Below are positions 30,001 to 45,000 of a stretch of 64,000 nt of DNA, one piece after another. Numbering within the stretch: position 1 is the stretch's first letter; each line of letters begins with the position of its first letter. A program made the position numbers and the translations under genes. Origin of the DNA: Bugula neritina (Eukaryota; Animalia; Bryozoa); the NCBI GenBank assembly GCA_964035545.1, contig OZ037770.1, positions 14,870,642 to 14,934,641 on the forward strand, in the 5' to 3' direction. The notes under the pieces were generated by a model, which saw only the letters and a program-made list of their open reading frames with translations, had not been told where the DNA came from and searched no databases.

Positions 30001-33000
30001 ACAATACGGAGTCAGCAAACCTGGTGTTGGAAGTTGATTTCATGATCATCAGGGGTGGACGATTTATTGCTGGATTTGATGGTGGTGACATGTGAGTGTA
30101 TTTATAGTGTGAAAATTCGGAGTTGTGTTACCTGCAAGGGATGTCAGATTTCTTGTTAATTCTAGAGTTTTTTCGCTCTTTTCTATTTAGACGCTAGTCA
30201 TGTTTTATTTTTATTCATTTAAAAAACTAAAATTCTTAATTCAAAAAGAAGACAAGTTTTTGCATCTGCGCTGAAACCTGTAACAAACTGTTGTGTTATT
30301 TGCAGTTTTCTTTCATCGTGAGTTGTCACATGTCAAATGTGCATGCCATCGCATTGAGCTCTGCTTTAGTACACCCTAGTTTCTGTATCTTATAGATTCA
30401 AGGGCAACCTAGAGATCATACTGAATGGAGACGTCTATTCCGAGAGTGAAAAGGTGAACGGAGGACCTCCGGTAGGGGTCAAGGCCATTGGTAAGTAGGT
30501 CATCTCTGCCCTGTATTGGTTGGCTATAGCTATGTGAGACAGATATTAAGCTCCTTTCTAATTGGTCAGTTATGGCAGTCAAGGAATGTATATTTTTGTA
30601 TTTCTGTTGGGTTTGTTTCTTACCAGGAGGTCTTTAAATATCATGACTGTAACTTTTGTGCTAAATTTTCGTCATATTTCAGTTTTCAATGCCCAAAAGC
30701 TCCATTTTGTAACTCAATAAATAAATAAATACTACAATATACGATGGCTTATTATTTATTAATAAAAACACAACAAGCATTATATTCCCAATGCATATAA
30801 GATATATCTGACTCAACATGGAAACTGTTTTGTTCAACTGAGTTCTTCTAATTACACTGACTCTCTTGTACTTTAGTTGGTTGACTCTATTGCAGGCGTG
30901 TTTGGTGGGCTGGACTTACACGGAGTCGAAGTGAAGCCCGTTATTACTCATCTTGCTGCTACTGTTCAGAAGGGAGACTCCGACATCACCGTCGATGCTG
31001 ACGTGGAGGCATCGGGTTGGAAAGTGAGTCATTCAGTTCTGTTTATTATATTATATTGTATTTATTATATTATATTGTATTTATTATATTGTATTTATTA
31101 TATTGTATTTATTATATTGTATTGTATTTATTATATTATATTGTATTCATTATATTATATTGTATTTATTTTATTATTTTATATTCATTATTTTATATTG
31201 TATTTATTATATTATATTTCATGCATTATATTGTACTCTTTTATTTTATAATATATTATGTTTTATTATATTATTTTATGTTGTATTACATATTGTATTT
31301 TTAGAAAATATTATTTTGTATTTTTTCGATATACCATTGCGTTAATTTCGAACAAATATTAGTTTTAAATAATTTTATTTGACAATTCTATGTCTTTGAA
31401 TGAAAGATGTTATTTTTAGGTATCTGATAAAATCATGATAACTGCCACCACGTACGACGCACATCAGACAGAAATACGTACCATTTTCGCCATCAGTGAA
31501 GGAGCGATCACTTTGGACGAGCCACTGGAGTTCGGCCATCTTGGTTGGTTTTCTAGAACATGTCATTACATTGATTTGCGTTTGTGTATTACTGTAGGAC
31601 AGTTAGATTTTGCTCTACAATGTCTAATAAAGCATCTTGCCTACTTATACCACAACAATGTAGTACTTTTACATGTAGGTTATTGTTGATAGTCTGCTCA
31701 GTGCATTAACTTTGCATACACCAGGTGTATAATATGTAGTTTATATAGATTATATAATATAGTATATAGATTCTATAATATAGTATATAGATTATAAAAT
31801 ATAGCATATAGATTTTATTATATAGTATATAGATTCTATAATGTAGTATATAGATTCTATAATATAGTATATAGATTATATAATATAGTGTATAGATTCC
31901 ATAATATAGTTTATAGATTATATAATGTAGTATATAGATTCTTTAATATAAAATATGGATTCTCTGATATAAAATATATAGGTTCTATAGTCATACACAA
32001 GTATAAAAGATTTGTATGATAAAACATTTTCAAATATATCAGCCCACAGTATTTGTAGTCAAAACCTGCTCAAGGTATTATTAAAAGTCTGAGTGTATCA
32101 AACTAATGTGTAGGTGAGGTGATTACGGACGACAGCGGTGACGTCCACTACCTGGCGGCAGAAGTCGCCCTGCTCACTCGTAACATCGTCATAAGGAGTG
32201 GAGGTGATATCGAGGCTGCCAGGAAGGCAGGTCTGGGCGGAAGAGTGCTCGTGTCAGCTGCCAACTTCCCCGATAGCAACGGGGTTGATACAACGAGATT
32301 TGGTGAGGGCTGACGGACTCAACGTATACATACTTTGCTCTGTGCATGTTTGTCTGTCAAATAATTGTTACATACTGTACGTTTCTGCATAGTCGTGTGA
32401 CTATGTAACTTACTTCTAGAGGTGACTCACTTTAATGAGTAACTTACTTTAATGTGTCTTTAGCTACGCCGTAAGTGTAATATGTCTCACAGGATATTAT
32501 ATCTCTTGTGAGACAACACGAGTCCAATGTCAGAATTCATATTTAACTTGCTCAGTCTTTTTCAATGTGTGATTGTGAAGATTTCTCCGCAGCCCCTTGC
32601 ATGATTCTGGTTTACTGTATGTGCAATAAGGTGCAGTATATAGTATACTAAAGGTGCTATACACTATACTACCTGTTGTATAGTATATCATAAACAATGT
32701 GATCATACCATTGGTTTGCTTGCACCCAGGCTGGGCTAGAATCAGCTATACACAGTTCATCAACATGGGACAGTACGGCTACACAGAGGCCTTTGACCCA
32801 AGGTATGCCGTTGCCTACGTGGGCACTGGGGAAAATAGCAACATCCGCCCCTGCTTCTTGAAGGGAAATTCATTCGAGGATGGTTTCTCGCCTGCTATTG
32901 GTCTATTCGGTGCCGATGGCCATGATGTCATCAGCAATGTGATGTACAAAGTCGTGGGTGGAGGTGAGATACAACTACCAATTTTTAGTATAATACACAT

Positions 33001-36000
33001 ATCATTTGTTATACTCCTGTTTTTCATTTGCTGATGAATAAGAAAGTTAATGTCTTCTGAATGTTGCTTCAACTTTTAATTCTGAGTTGTTAGATTACTT
33101 TGGCCTTTGACTTGCTGAAAAATCTGTCTATACATGTCATCAGAGTTGTGAGAAACTCAAGTTTCTGCAGTCAGTTATTACTATTAAGGCTCAAAGTAAT
33201 TTATTCGGGAGTTTCAAGACTCTAGCTAGTCAAACTATAGTTACGTAGTACTACCAGAGCTAATGGTGTAATAACACAACCAGTTTACATGTGGATATAT
33301 ATGATATGATATTAATATGATTTGATATGATATTAATGTTGCTATGCAGGAATGGTAGTTGATGGCCGCGACCATTATGTCAAGGGCAACATGGTGGCCT
33401 TGAATCTCTGGCCAGGGTCATACGAAGGTCGAAGAGAACTGAAGAATGTCGCTTATGAGTCATCATTCGAACTGACTAAAGCCAGAGAGTCTAAATTCTA
33501 CGATAATATAGTTAGTTACTAGTATATAGTTACTAGTATATAGTTGCTAGTGTATAGTTACTAGTATATAATTACTAGTATATAGGTACTAGTATTTAGT
33601 TACTAGTATTTAGTTACTAGTATATAGTTACTAGTATATAGTTACTAGTATATAGTTACTAGTATATAGTTACTAGTATATAGTTACTAGTATATAGGTA
33701 CTAGTATTTAGTTACTAGTATATAGTATAGTTACTAGTATATAATGTAGTTACTAGCTGCACTTCCTGCGTATTACATCATTTCCTGTCATGTAGGCTGC
33801 TGGCTCCGAGAGGTCCGGATTTAGTTTGGCCGGTGAACTTTGTGAGGATGTGGATCCAGAGCTCTTGGGATGGAAAGGAAACAAAGTTCACTCTTCCATG
33901 TTTGGCGTCATGATTTGGAAAGAAGATACCCTTCCCGAGGAGTGTATCAGAATCTCTGGTGAGTCATTTATAGCACGTGAATAGCTACATTTGTATAGTG
34001 TAATGTAGCATACTATAGCACGTGAATAGCTACATGTGTATAGTATAATATGGCATACTATAGCACATTTTTAACTATAGTAAGTTGCTATGAAGGTTCT
34101 GTTAAAAGCATCACATGGGTTTCAGGTTTCACTGCTTGGAAGAACTTTGACTTTGGTATATTCATCGAGGCCTCCGTCATTCGCATTGAGTTTGAAGATA
34201 ATGACCTGATTGAGAACGGTCTGGGTCTCTGGACTCACACCTTTGGACACGGCTCACTGTCTCACTTTAGGAAGGAAAAGAGCATCTCTTTCAAGAGAGG
34301 TAAAATCAGCATTTCTCATCGTTTTAGTAATTCCTAACAAATAATGCTTATTACTAATCAAGTTTCTCCAATTTAGTAAAAGCGTCTGCATTGGCAGACA
34401 TCTGTAAAAAAAAGATGGAACTAGCATTTCTAACAATCTCTGTTTATCAATGGTTTTTATTTATCAAGCTTGTCTAATCTAAGAAAAAGACTGCATTTGT
34501 GAAAAATAAAAAATATGTCACTTAATGTGGAGATTAGGCTGGAAGTGCAGTTGACTTGTTGTTTTGGATCACAGGCTACGTGGCTGGAGCTACTCCATTC
34601 TTCGACTGTGAGAATGACGTCAAGCCGAGCACTGTGAGCTTTGAGCTCAGTGGTCTGGCCAGATCCTGGAGGAGTCCGAGTGGCGGTAACATGGGTTTCA
34701 GTATGCCCAACGCAGATGGAGCAAGCAACGGTCTACCAACTCATCCATTCAGAGGACGAATGGCTTATCCAACTTTGGACGCTAAGATGGACATTGACGG
34801 TAGGTGTCATTGCTTTACCGCAGACAAGAAATAACTCCACATAGATGTGTGTTTAACAAAGGAGAGCTGTGTGAAATATTACCTCAAAAAATAATTTTAT
34901 CCCTCTAATAGTAATAAGGCACAAGTTTGTATCTGTACCAGGTGTCTAGTTAATTTGAATTTGTGAATTTTCTCGGATTACTAATTACCTCTTCTCCTCT
35001 TCCCTTCTACCGTTGATGCTTTGTGTCTTTGCTTAGGAACTCGGTTTGCCCACTTTGGATCTCGAAGCTGTGACGGAAAGGACGTCATGGATTTCATCAT
35101 CAGCTCAAACATTGCCGCTGATGATGTCAACCACCCAGTAAACGTTCAGAATGTGGTTGTGGAGGACACCGTGGACTTTGACAATATCGCCTTCTTCCAC
35201 TCGCCTAACGTAGGGTAAGTGTAAATATGTATTCTTATGTCCCTTTACCTGCTAGTTACTAACTACTAGTTGCCAATTGCTAGTTGCTAATTGTTAGTTA
35301 CAAACTGTTAGTTGCTAGTTACTAGTTTGTTCTTGCTGATTGCCAATTGATGGTTGCTGATTATTAGTTGCCAGTTGCTGATTAGTAGTTGTCAGTTGAT
35401 ATTCAATAACTACTAGTTACTAGTTACTAGTTATTAATTGACAGTTAATTCGTGCTAGGGACCAGTTGCTAGTTGCTAGTTGCTCATTCTCACTGCACTT
35501 GAACTGTTGTATGAGAAAGAGGTTGTGTTGTAGGAAAGTCAACCCGTCAGACTGTGTGGACATGGAATGTGACGGGCATAAGAAGAGTCTGATTCACGAT
35601 CTGGACGGAACTCTACTTGGTAAGCTTTGTTTAGACCTACCAGCTTGTGAGTTTAACTGTTGATTGGCAAATATTTCGTTGATTAGGGTGTGGTAATATA
35701 TGGCTAGTTGCAAGGGTGTTGTAACCTAATTTTTTGAATAGTTTTTGGAAGTCAGAAAACTTGTCTCAGCTAGTCCAATTGAATCATTTTTGTGTGTCAC
35801 TTTGTTGCTTATAAAGTTACTAATTAATATTTTATTCAACTATTGGGTTATGCATGAACTGCCCGTTGTTTGTGTTCAGTATTCGCCGATTGTGGCTAAT
35901 TTTCATGCCAGCATCACTCTGTGCTCATTCTGTGCCGGTTGTTTACAGTCTTGTACACGTAATGACTCATACAGGTTGTAGGTGCCCTGTGTTAGCTTAT

Positions 36001-39000
36001 ATAGGTCATGTTTGTGTTATCTAGGTCAGTCTGGCGGAACTGTGTTGGATGATGCAGAAGTGAATTGGGACGGAGACGCCAGATATGGTATCGGTGACTA
36101 CAGAATACCGAAGGTCATGCTAACCTTCCCCAACAGCACCACGTTCGATCCTCCCAAGAAACACGGTGAGAATATATCTGAGACGCCATTCTATTGGTTC
36201 TTGCATGGCGACATTAGCTCAAGCGTAACAAGCATACTTCTGTGTTAAAATGTCAAGGTTGTTTGCGTTTGAAGGTATTTACCGAGACAACACGTGCACC
36301 TACATTGACAGCTGGCAGGCGTACCACTGCACAGGACCCAAGTACCGCATGCTCGTCATCGAGTCTATGGACAAGGACACCGAAGTGCGTAGACTTTCTC
36401 CCATAGGTCTCAAGGCTAGGACTGAAGATGGGGGCTACATGGACCTCCTCAACGGGCCTCAGGATCATGGCTGGTGCGCTGGCTATACTTGCCAGAAGAG
36501 AATCTCAACCTTCTGGGCTGTCGTTGCTGATGGTATGCTATAAATAGTTCTGCTATGCTATAAATAGTCATTGTTGTACTATAAATAGCAATCATGTTAT
36601 AAATAATTATTTTCAGTGGTAATCTGGTGAATATATTGAAACATTTTATTCTGTATTTACCGAATTGCTCATGCCTTACTTTATGTATCTTGCAACAGTG
36701 TATTACTTCACGAGTATCGCGTATCACACTGATGTTTTCTTCACTGAGCTCTCCAACTCACTGTATAGTTAAACATTGAGCTCTGCCCTAACCCAGGTGT
36801 GACCTTTGATGTCTACCTGACCGGCACCAACCCCCAACACACCAGGTTCTTCATGCTGCAAGCCGAGGAGGATGAGAGAGTCAGACTGGCCGTCTATTAC
36901 TTCTCTCCTCAGAGACTCGACGTCTTCAAGGACGACATCTACATCTACCCGACTAACGCTGAGATCACAGGAGACGGCAACTACAACCTCAAGGTGAACC
37001 CTTTACTACGAATCAGTAATACATAGCACAAGGAGAGAAAAATAACTAGGTGTCATCTACTTGATGGCACAAAGTCTGTAGTTGAAATTTTAGAGAGTCG
37101 ATTCTGGCTGCTAGAAGTTGTTTACTTTGAACGTTCCGTAGCCTTCTCTAGTCGATGGCTTGTTTAGCGGCAGTTTCCTGTTTATCTAGAACTCATCCAA
37201 TCTGAGTTTCTCACAGAACTTAACAAACTGGCAGGAATGTGACAGGGAAAATATTTTACTTTCACTTTTTAGGTGTCCACTCAAACTCCCTCGGAATATA
37301 TTCCCGATATCGATGCCGCTGCCGGCCAGAACTACTTTGACAGAGAATGGCAGCTCCAATACCTCATACTCAAAGGTTAGTTTCTTAAATCTATCACTAT
37401 TGGCTAAATAAATGTAATATCCATTCCCATTGGCTACAGAGGTGCTACCTTTTGATTGGCTCTGTGCCTCTCAATTTGGCAAACAAATGAAGCAGTTTCA
37501 ATATTTCCTTTTATATCAACAACCTAGCAGTAAACTAAAACTTGCCTAGTGGTTTTTTTAGACATAAGCGATTGAATTCACTTATCATTTAATATTTTTC
37601 AATTACATAACTCTTAGCTCATTCAAATTGTAATGTTACCAAATTAAATGTCACCGTATTAGTCTAATCTCTCACCCTATTGGTCTAATGTATCACCCTA
37701 TTGGTCTAATGTATCACCCTATTGGTCTAATGTATCACCCTATTGGTCTATTGTGTCACAGGAACTGCTGTCGTGGACGTGATTATCAAGGAGGTCGTAC
37801 TCGTGTCACTGACTTTACCGCCGATGACTATTGACGATTTCTTTGGAGAGAAGGTAGTTGGGAACTTGGCAGCATTCCTCGGCATCCCGCCTGAGAAGAT
37901 AAGAATTGTAGACGTGGTCAGCGAGGCCACCAACAGACGAAAACGTGACGTCTCTGGAACCACAATCCAGTTTGAGATAGGTAAGTTCTGAGTCTAATAA
38001 TATAGCTGTGATTCTGTTTTTTTGTTATTAAATTGCCACACTTTATGTAGAGAGTTTTGGGAAATTCATTGCTGTTTCCTTGTGAACAATAAAGCTTATG
38101 TTTAGAAATTTAAGACTGTTATTGCATTATGTATTTTGTTGATTTTTTCTAGATGTTCAAAGATTTTTTCTTACACACCTTAGTAACCTCTTTTCTCATA
38201 ACTGGTGTCATATTTCTTTAGCCGACGCCCCTGTTTCTGGTACGAATGTTACCAACGTGAATGACGGAGATCTCGATCGATCTAAGTTGCTCAACTTGAC
38301 CCGGAAGGTCGTAGACTCGGTGCAACTTGGTACACTCGGCGAGTCCCTCAACCTCACCATCCTTGGCATTGATGTCCAAGAGCCTCTTCCAATACCAGAA
38401 AGTATGTAGCGCTGTTAGTTATCTCTGTGTGTTACCAGAGAGTATACAGTTCTATTAGTTATATCTGTGTGTTACCAGAGAGTATATATCTCTGTTAGTT
38501 ATATCTGTGTGTTACCAGAGAGTATATATCTCTGTTAGTTATATCTGTGTGTTACCAGAGAGTATATATCTCTGTTAGTTATATCTGTGTGTTACCAGAG
38601 AGTATATATCTCTGTTAGTTATATCTGTGTGTTACCAGAGAGTATATATCTCTGTTAGTTATATCTGTGTGTTACCAGAGAGTATATAGTTCCATTGGTT
38701 ATATCTGTGTGTTACCAGAAAGTATACAGTCAGATGTTAAGATACAATAGACTGTTATGTTTATAACAAATTCATTTCTTTGTAAAAAAAACCTAATATC
38801 TGTAGTCTGTATATTGTATAGAGATACAAAGAGTATAATATACATAGTCTGTATATTGTATAGAGGTACAAAGAGTATAATATACATAGTCTGTAAATTG
38901 TATAGAGGTACAAAGAGTATAAAGCGTTTGTTCTCTCTCCACAGACTCGACTGACTCTAGCTGGGCTCTCCTTACTAACGGCAGCGATGTTTTGGCAGCC

Positions 39001-42000
39001 ATCCAAATTCCGAGTGAGATGGAGTACACCACTGAGTTGGTGGCTGACCGTGAGCAGCAGCCTTTCCCCACTCAACCCGAGTTTTCTATGTACGACGCCA
39101 ATGTAAGTAGTACTCACTGTTAGTAGTACTCACTATGAGTCACTGTTAGTAGTAATCACTATCAGTCACTGTTAGTAATACTCATTATCAGTCACTGTTA
39201 GTAATACTCACTATCAGTCACTGTTAGTAGTAATCACTATCAGTCACTGTTAGTAGTAATCACTATCAGTCACTGTCAGTAATACCCATTATCAGTCACT
39301 GTTAGTAATACTCACTATCAGTCACTGTTAGTAGTAGCCACTGAAACCAGTGTTATACTCTAAAGGTAAGCACTAGTCATTGTATAGTTCTTCTATCAAT
39401 CCCTAATATTATAATAAATCTCTTCGCTGTTCTCAGATGGAGCTGGTGGAAATCCTTGGCTCCCGGGGTGACCCGTGGAAGATCCGAGCTGTCCTTGACA
39501 CCAATGCGGCCACTTATCCCACAGCCACTCTGATTGGAGAAACTACCTGTGGGTTCATTGACGGTGTCTGCGCTTTTGAGACTCTGGGCATCTCCCACCA
39601 GGGTTCTGGCTACGTCATCAGTAAGCTCTTTATCTGCTAGTATATATACATATCTGTCGGTGTACTGCTGATAGACCTAGAGCTGATTACTAATGATTTC
39701 TTGTTAAACTATGACTTCAGCACTAATAGAATATCTTGTTTGAATCAGAGCTCCGTGTTCATTTTGCAGTTCTAGTTAGCTGTAAGAGTTCTGAGATTTT
39801 ATATTTTTAATGATTGTCTATTCCGCAGGTCAATTCTTTACTTTACCTCAAGATAGTTTCCTATTTTTCCCATACTGTCTTATGTAATTGTGTAGCAGTA
39901 CACTGTACACCATCTACACTGTACATCATCTACACTGTACGTCACCTACACTGTACGCCATCTAAACTGTACACCATCTACACTGTACGTCACCTACACT
40001 GTACACCATCTACACTGTACACCATCTAAACTGTACATCATCTACACTGTACACCATTTACACTGTACGCCATCTACACTGTACGTCATCTACACTGTAC
40101 ACCATTTCTGTCTGGCAGAGTTTGAAGTATTTGACCCAAGTGAAGCTTCATTTGTTGCCACAAGCGCTTCTATCACCGTGAAGGAGGCAGCACTGAGTTC
40201 AGGCTTCACCTCTGTACCGGACAAAGACATGCCCGTCATGGTGAACGAGACATTCACAGCTGTCGTGGACATCCGGGATCTTTCCTCACAAATGGTAGTC
40301 GAAGATATTGGCTGGAATGTAAGTTTAACTCTTTTTATCAGGTCATGTGACTTCTGAATCTCATGATCAGGTCATGTGACTTTTTAATCTTTTGATCAGG
40401 TCATGTGACTTCTGAATCTCTTGATCAAGTCATGTGACTTCTGAATCTCTTGATCTGATGAATATGGTATTTCTTACGGTTGCTTACATAAAAACCCTTA
40501 TGAACTTATAATCTCTAAGAAATTCTGGTGGAAAAGTTTCTAACAACCTAAGGACTTTTTACTATTCTGTTAAAGGAGCAACTATGACTGGATGCCCTTC
40601 CTAACATCACCTTTACCAAGATTTGAACTACTGATCTTGTGTTTACTATACCAGTGCCACAACCTACAGCAGCTCATGTTGTGGTTGCTGACAGATTTAT
40701 TAGTAGTTTGCAGAATTGTGTTTAAAATGACCTGATAATAAGAAATGTGTCCCCCTCCCTCTTTCCTTATGAAGTGGTGTGATTTCAAATCCCTTGAGTG
40801 GAAGGCAGGTTTATAGGTTTTTTCACTCTTCAACTTTCAGAATGACGTCTGGACGGCTACCATCTCCATATACAGTCCGGAAATTTCTCCCGACACTCAG
40901 CTCCTCGGAACTCTGGAAAAATCATTCGATGTCGCGAGTGGACTCGCTACTTTTGATGATCTTCAAATCACCACCAGGGGAAGGTATGCTGTGTTAGATA
41001 TACCTGTCTAGAGATACTTGTAGTAGAGATACTTGTAGTCGAGATACTTGTAGTAGAGATACTGGTGTAGAGATACTTGCAGTAGAGATACTTGTAGCAG
41101 AGATACTTGGGTAGAGATACTTGGGTATGTAGGAAGTAGTCACTCTATTTGAACTGTTTTTAGGTATTCACTGAAAGCTGATGTCAAATCTGCCACTAAA
41201 ACTTTGACTGCTGGTAGATCAGCCGTGTTTGAAGTTAAGGAAAGTAAGTTGGTATTTATATTATCATTATTATGTAATATATTTTATTATAATATATAAT
41301 TTATTATGTGATATATAATATAATTTATTGTATGAATAGTTTATTATACATATATTATATAATTTATAATAATATAATTTATTATCTTGTACTATTTGAT
41401 TTATACTGTGGATATATATCATAACTTACTATATTGTACTATAGAAGTTATATGATTTTGTAATTCTGTAATTTGTTTCACTTCAATTTATTGTCCTTTA
41501 TTTTATGTGTTATATTGCATTACATTGCAATATATTATTTTGTATCGCAATGCTTTATATTTTAATGTAGTGCAGTGTAATGCATTTTATTGCACTACAA
41601 TACACCGCAATACAATATATTACACTGAACTATATTTCAGACGTAACCATGCAGGAGGAGGAAGTAAGCTACAAGTTTAGCCTAAGATTCGACGCAGACT
41701 ACTCCATGTATGCTGAGGACCAAGAAGACATCGTTGAGGCCTCATTCTATAACTTCCTTCTCTCCATTGATGATTCGGCCAGATATCACGACTTTTCCAT
41801 CAGTGAGGGTGAGGCAACTCTATATTCTACCTGACGTATGCTTCAATTATATAAACTGAATTTTTATAAAACAAAAAATTCAGGCAAATATTCTATTTAT
41901 TGGGCTACAAGGGTTTTTATAATGTCATTAGTTACAAACCCGTTGGTTTTTAAATATTCTTATGAGCTATTTGAATGAAATTTGTTTACATTCTATACAA

Positions 42001-45000
42001 TGTAATAAAACATATCATTATGTAGTCAAATTACAAAACTGTTTTCCTTTTTTCTCTTTGGTTTGAAATATGTATCTATATCCTCACACATACGCATGCA
42101 TAATGTCTCGGTTTCCAGGAAGTATATGTATGTATATAAATATATATAATGTCTCGGTTTTCAGGAAGTATCCTCATAGATTTCTGGGCTTCGGGAGAGA
42201 CCGAGGCACTATTGACTATCATCGACACAATCGAAGGCTCCGTTGTCAACGGAACATCTCTCAATCTGCCCGGGGTTGTCCTTGAGCTTGACAAGTACAT
42301 GAAACTGGATGACGTCGTGTACGGTGGCCTTGATGGGGTGAGTAGTTTCTATTGTTTGTGGCGTCTCATGCTAGTCACAGCTGTTTACTCTTACCATAAG
42401 CCAGGAAATGTAGAGCTATTGTGATTAATCAGTGCAATCATGCTTTATGGTATCTCGAAATGACAATGCCCTAGTTTTTGTTTGGGGTAGGATATCGCGA
42501 AACTCCACTAACATGCAGACTGTGTTATGCGTAGTGGAATATGTATGAAATGCATGTCAATAGGGAATTTATTGTTACAGTTTTCATTTTTCCTTTTGCT
42601 GCATTTCAAATTTTGAAATAGTTAATCTGTTTTCCCATATTTTGATTGTAAAAAAGCGATTCTAGCAATTCTTAGTTGTATAATCTTTTGAACTGCTTGT
42701 AATTCTTTACAAAAGTTCAACCACCGGTACCTAAGCGCTGCTTAATAACTGTTGATATATATGAAGATCAAATATATTCGTGATCACTTTCTACATTGCA
42801 TACTTCTACTTCAGACCACAACTATCTCTACAACATCCGCAGATGTTGATGTTACTGCAGTAAGTCGTTGGACATCATTGTTTCTGGCACTGCTTGCTTA
42901 CACTTTCGTTACTTGTTTATCACCGTTTGGCCTTTGCTGATATATTTTGCATCCAAAAGGCGAACATTGTTAAAGTGGTTTAGTTTAGAGGACCTAGTAG
43001 TCACATTTTAAAGTATCGTAGCTTAATAGGCGAGTAGTATGTGCTATTCTAAGCATCTGAAACTGAAAATGTCGGCTCGTGGAAGTTCAACTTTGGCAAG
43101 TCATTTCTACCAAGGTTCAGGTAAACTATATGCTATGTAATGTAAGACAAATCAAAGTAAATTAATTGTTTGAAAAAAGTCGTTGAAACCTTCTATTTAT
43201 TATGGTTTATTATTATTTAATGCTATTTATTATTATAGGAAGTAAAATATAATTTTCATTTTCTTTCTGGTACAATCTAGGAAGTTAATTTGATTTTGCT
43301 AGCTTTTAATTATCAATTGCTTTGAAGTTGTTGATAGTTTAGCAGCGCTATTTTTTTTATATCATTATTATTTTATTTTCTTGTTTTATATAATTTATAC
43401 TTTAGTTCAGCTAATTTACTACAATATTAATGAAGCATGGAATGTCCTATTAAATTCGAAATTATTCAAAGTTTCTCTCATTTTGTAGTGCAGTTTTTAA
43501 TTAAAACAGTATTTTTATTTGAATCTTAAATATAAACTTGAAATATATTTGTAGAATGAGGATCCTACTTCTGCTGCTCGTGTCATCACCCCAATTATTG
43601 TAATTTCATTGCTGGTTACGCTTCTGGCTCTCTCTACGGCTATCATATGCTTTGTCAAGATCAAAACGCGCAAAAGTGAGTGAGCTACTGATTCATTAGT
43701 CTTTTATAATTGCTGATATGTGCTTCAATTTTAAACACGACTGCATCACAAATCAAATAAGGATGTTATGTTTTTATTTTTTTAGGATTGCAAAAAGTTG
43801 GAGATAGTGTGATCTACCCTTGTGAGTATCATGTTTAGTTTTAATTTCAATCCCAACCTCATTAATTTTATTATATATATTTAGTGAAAATGTAATAATA
43901 AAAATGCTATAATATTTCCACATCCAAAACTAGCTAATGATTATCATATTTTTTAAAATAGTGAAATTTTATTTAACTGCATATTTCTAGATAGTGGTTG
44001 TTTAAACAAACCATCTAATTTCTGAACGCTTCAATGGAATAAATTATCAGATATTTATCAAACCTACATTTATTTTATTATGGCACTAATGCTGGTGTTT
44101 ATTTCATAATGTTACAATATTTTTCTCTTACAGCCAAGATTGACGAGGAGTCTGCAGTGAACCTAAGATCCACCAGCAGGACCGAGTCTCCCATGGGCTA
44201 TGAAACCTATCAAACCAAATCATAATTTCTATGGACGCTTGATTTTCAGATGATTTATTTTATTTTTTTACCTTTTTTATTTTTAGAAGAATGTCTTGTT
44301 TTTCTTTTTCTGAAATGTTTTTTCTGAATCTTGACTTTTGGAACTTGAATTTTTTTATTCTTCAACTGTAAGAATAATTTGCTTTACTGTATTTTTCTTC
44401 TCTATTTCTGAATAAAATGCATTTCAGATGTTGCAGTGAGTTTCACTCTATTCGGTTTCAAGCAAATTAGCTTTGACTTCTTGGCTGTATGTTTTATCAG
44501 TCTTTATGTGTGTCTGTTTTTTTAATTAACAGAGAAAACGTGGGTTCAACAGCTTTTTGTGATTTCTGTAACATATAAAATATCTAAAACTAATTGTTTG
44601 GCATGTGATCGTACAACTCTTGAGCCCTATCAAAGCTCAAAGCTTGTGAAATTACAAAACCTGAAGCCAGAGATGATTCATTAGTGTCATTATATATTAT
44701 ATGCACCTGTTTGGATACATTATACCATGAATGATTTTTGTCGGTTGCTGGAACATTTGGTTATAGGTAACAAAGCATAGTAGTGGATGAACTAGTTGTC
44801 TTATTCCAATTAGTAGCATCAGTTTTATTTGATGCAAATGTTTATTGGGTTGAGTACTCTGGGTGAGAATGTTTCAATGGTATGAATTACGAGATACCTT
44901 GATACAAGTTTAAACTAGTTGTAGTAGTATATATATTTAGCTCTGTATTTGCTTGCAATAATGATTACATACCTATCTAGTAAGTATGAATTATTCACAC

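Noticed and set aside
39464-39472. RGD tripeptide in the PKHD1L1 C-terminal domain
   Set aside because: A single RGD in a protein of several thousand residues is expected by chance; no conservation evidence available.
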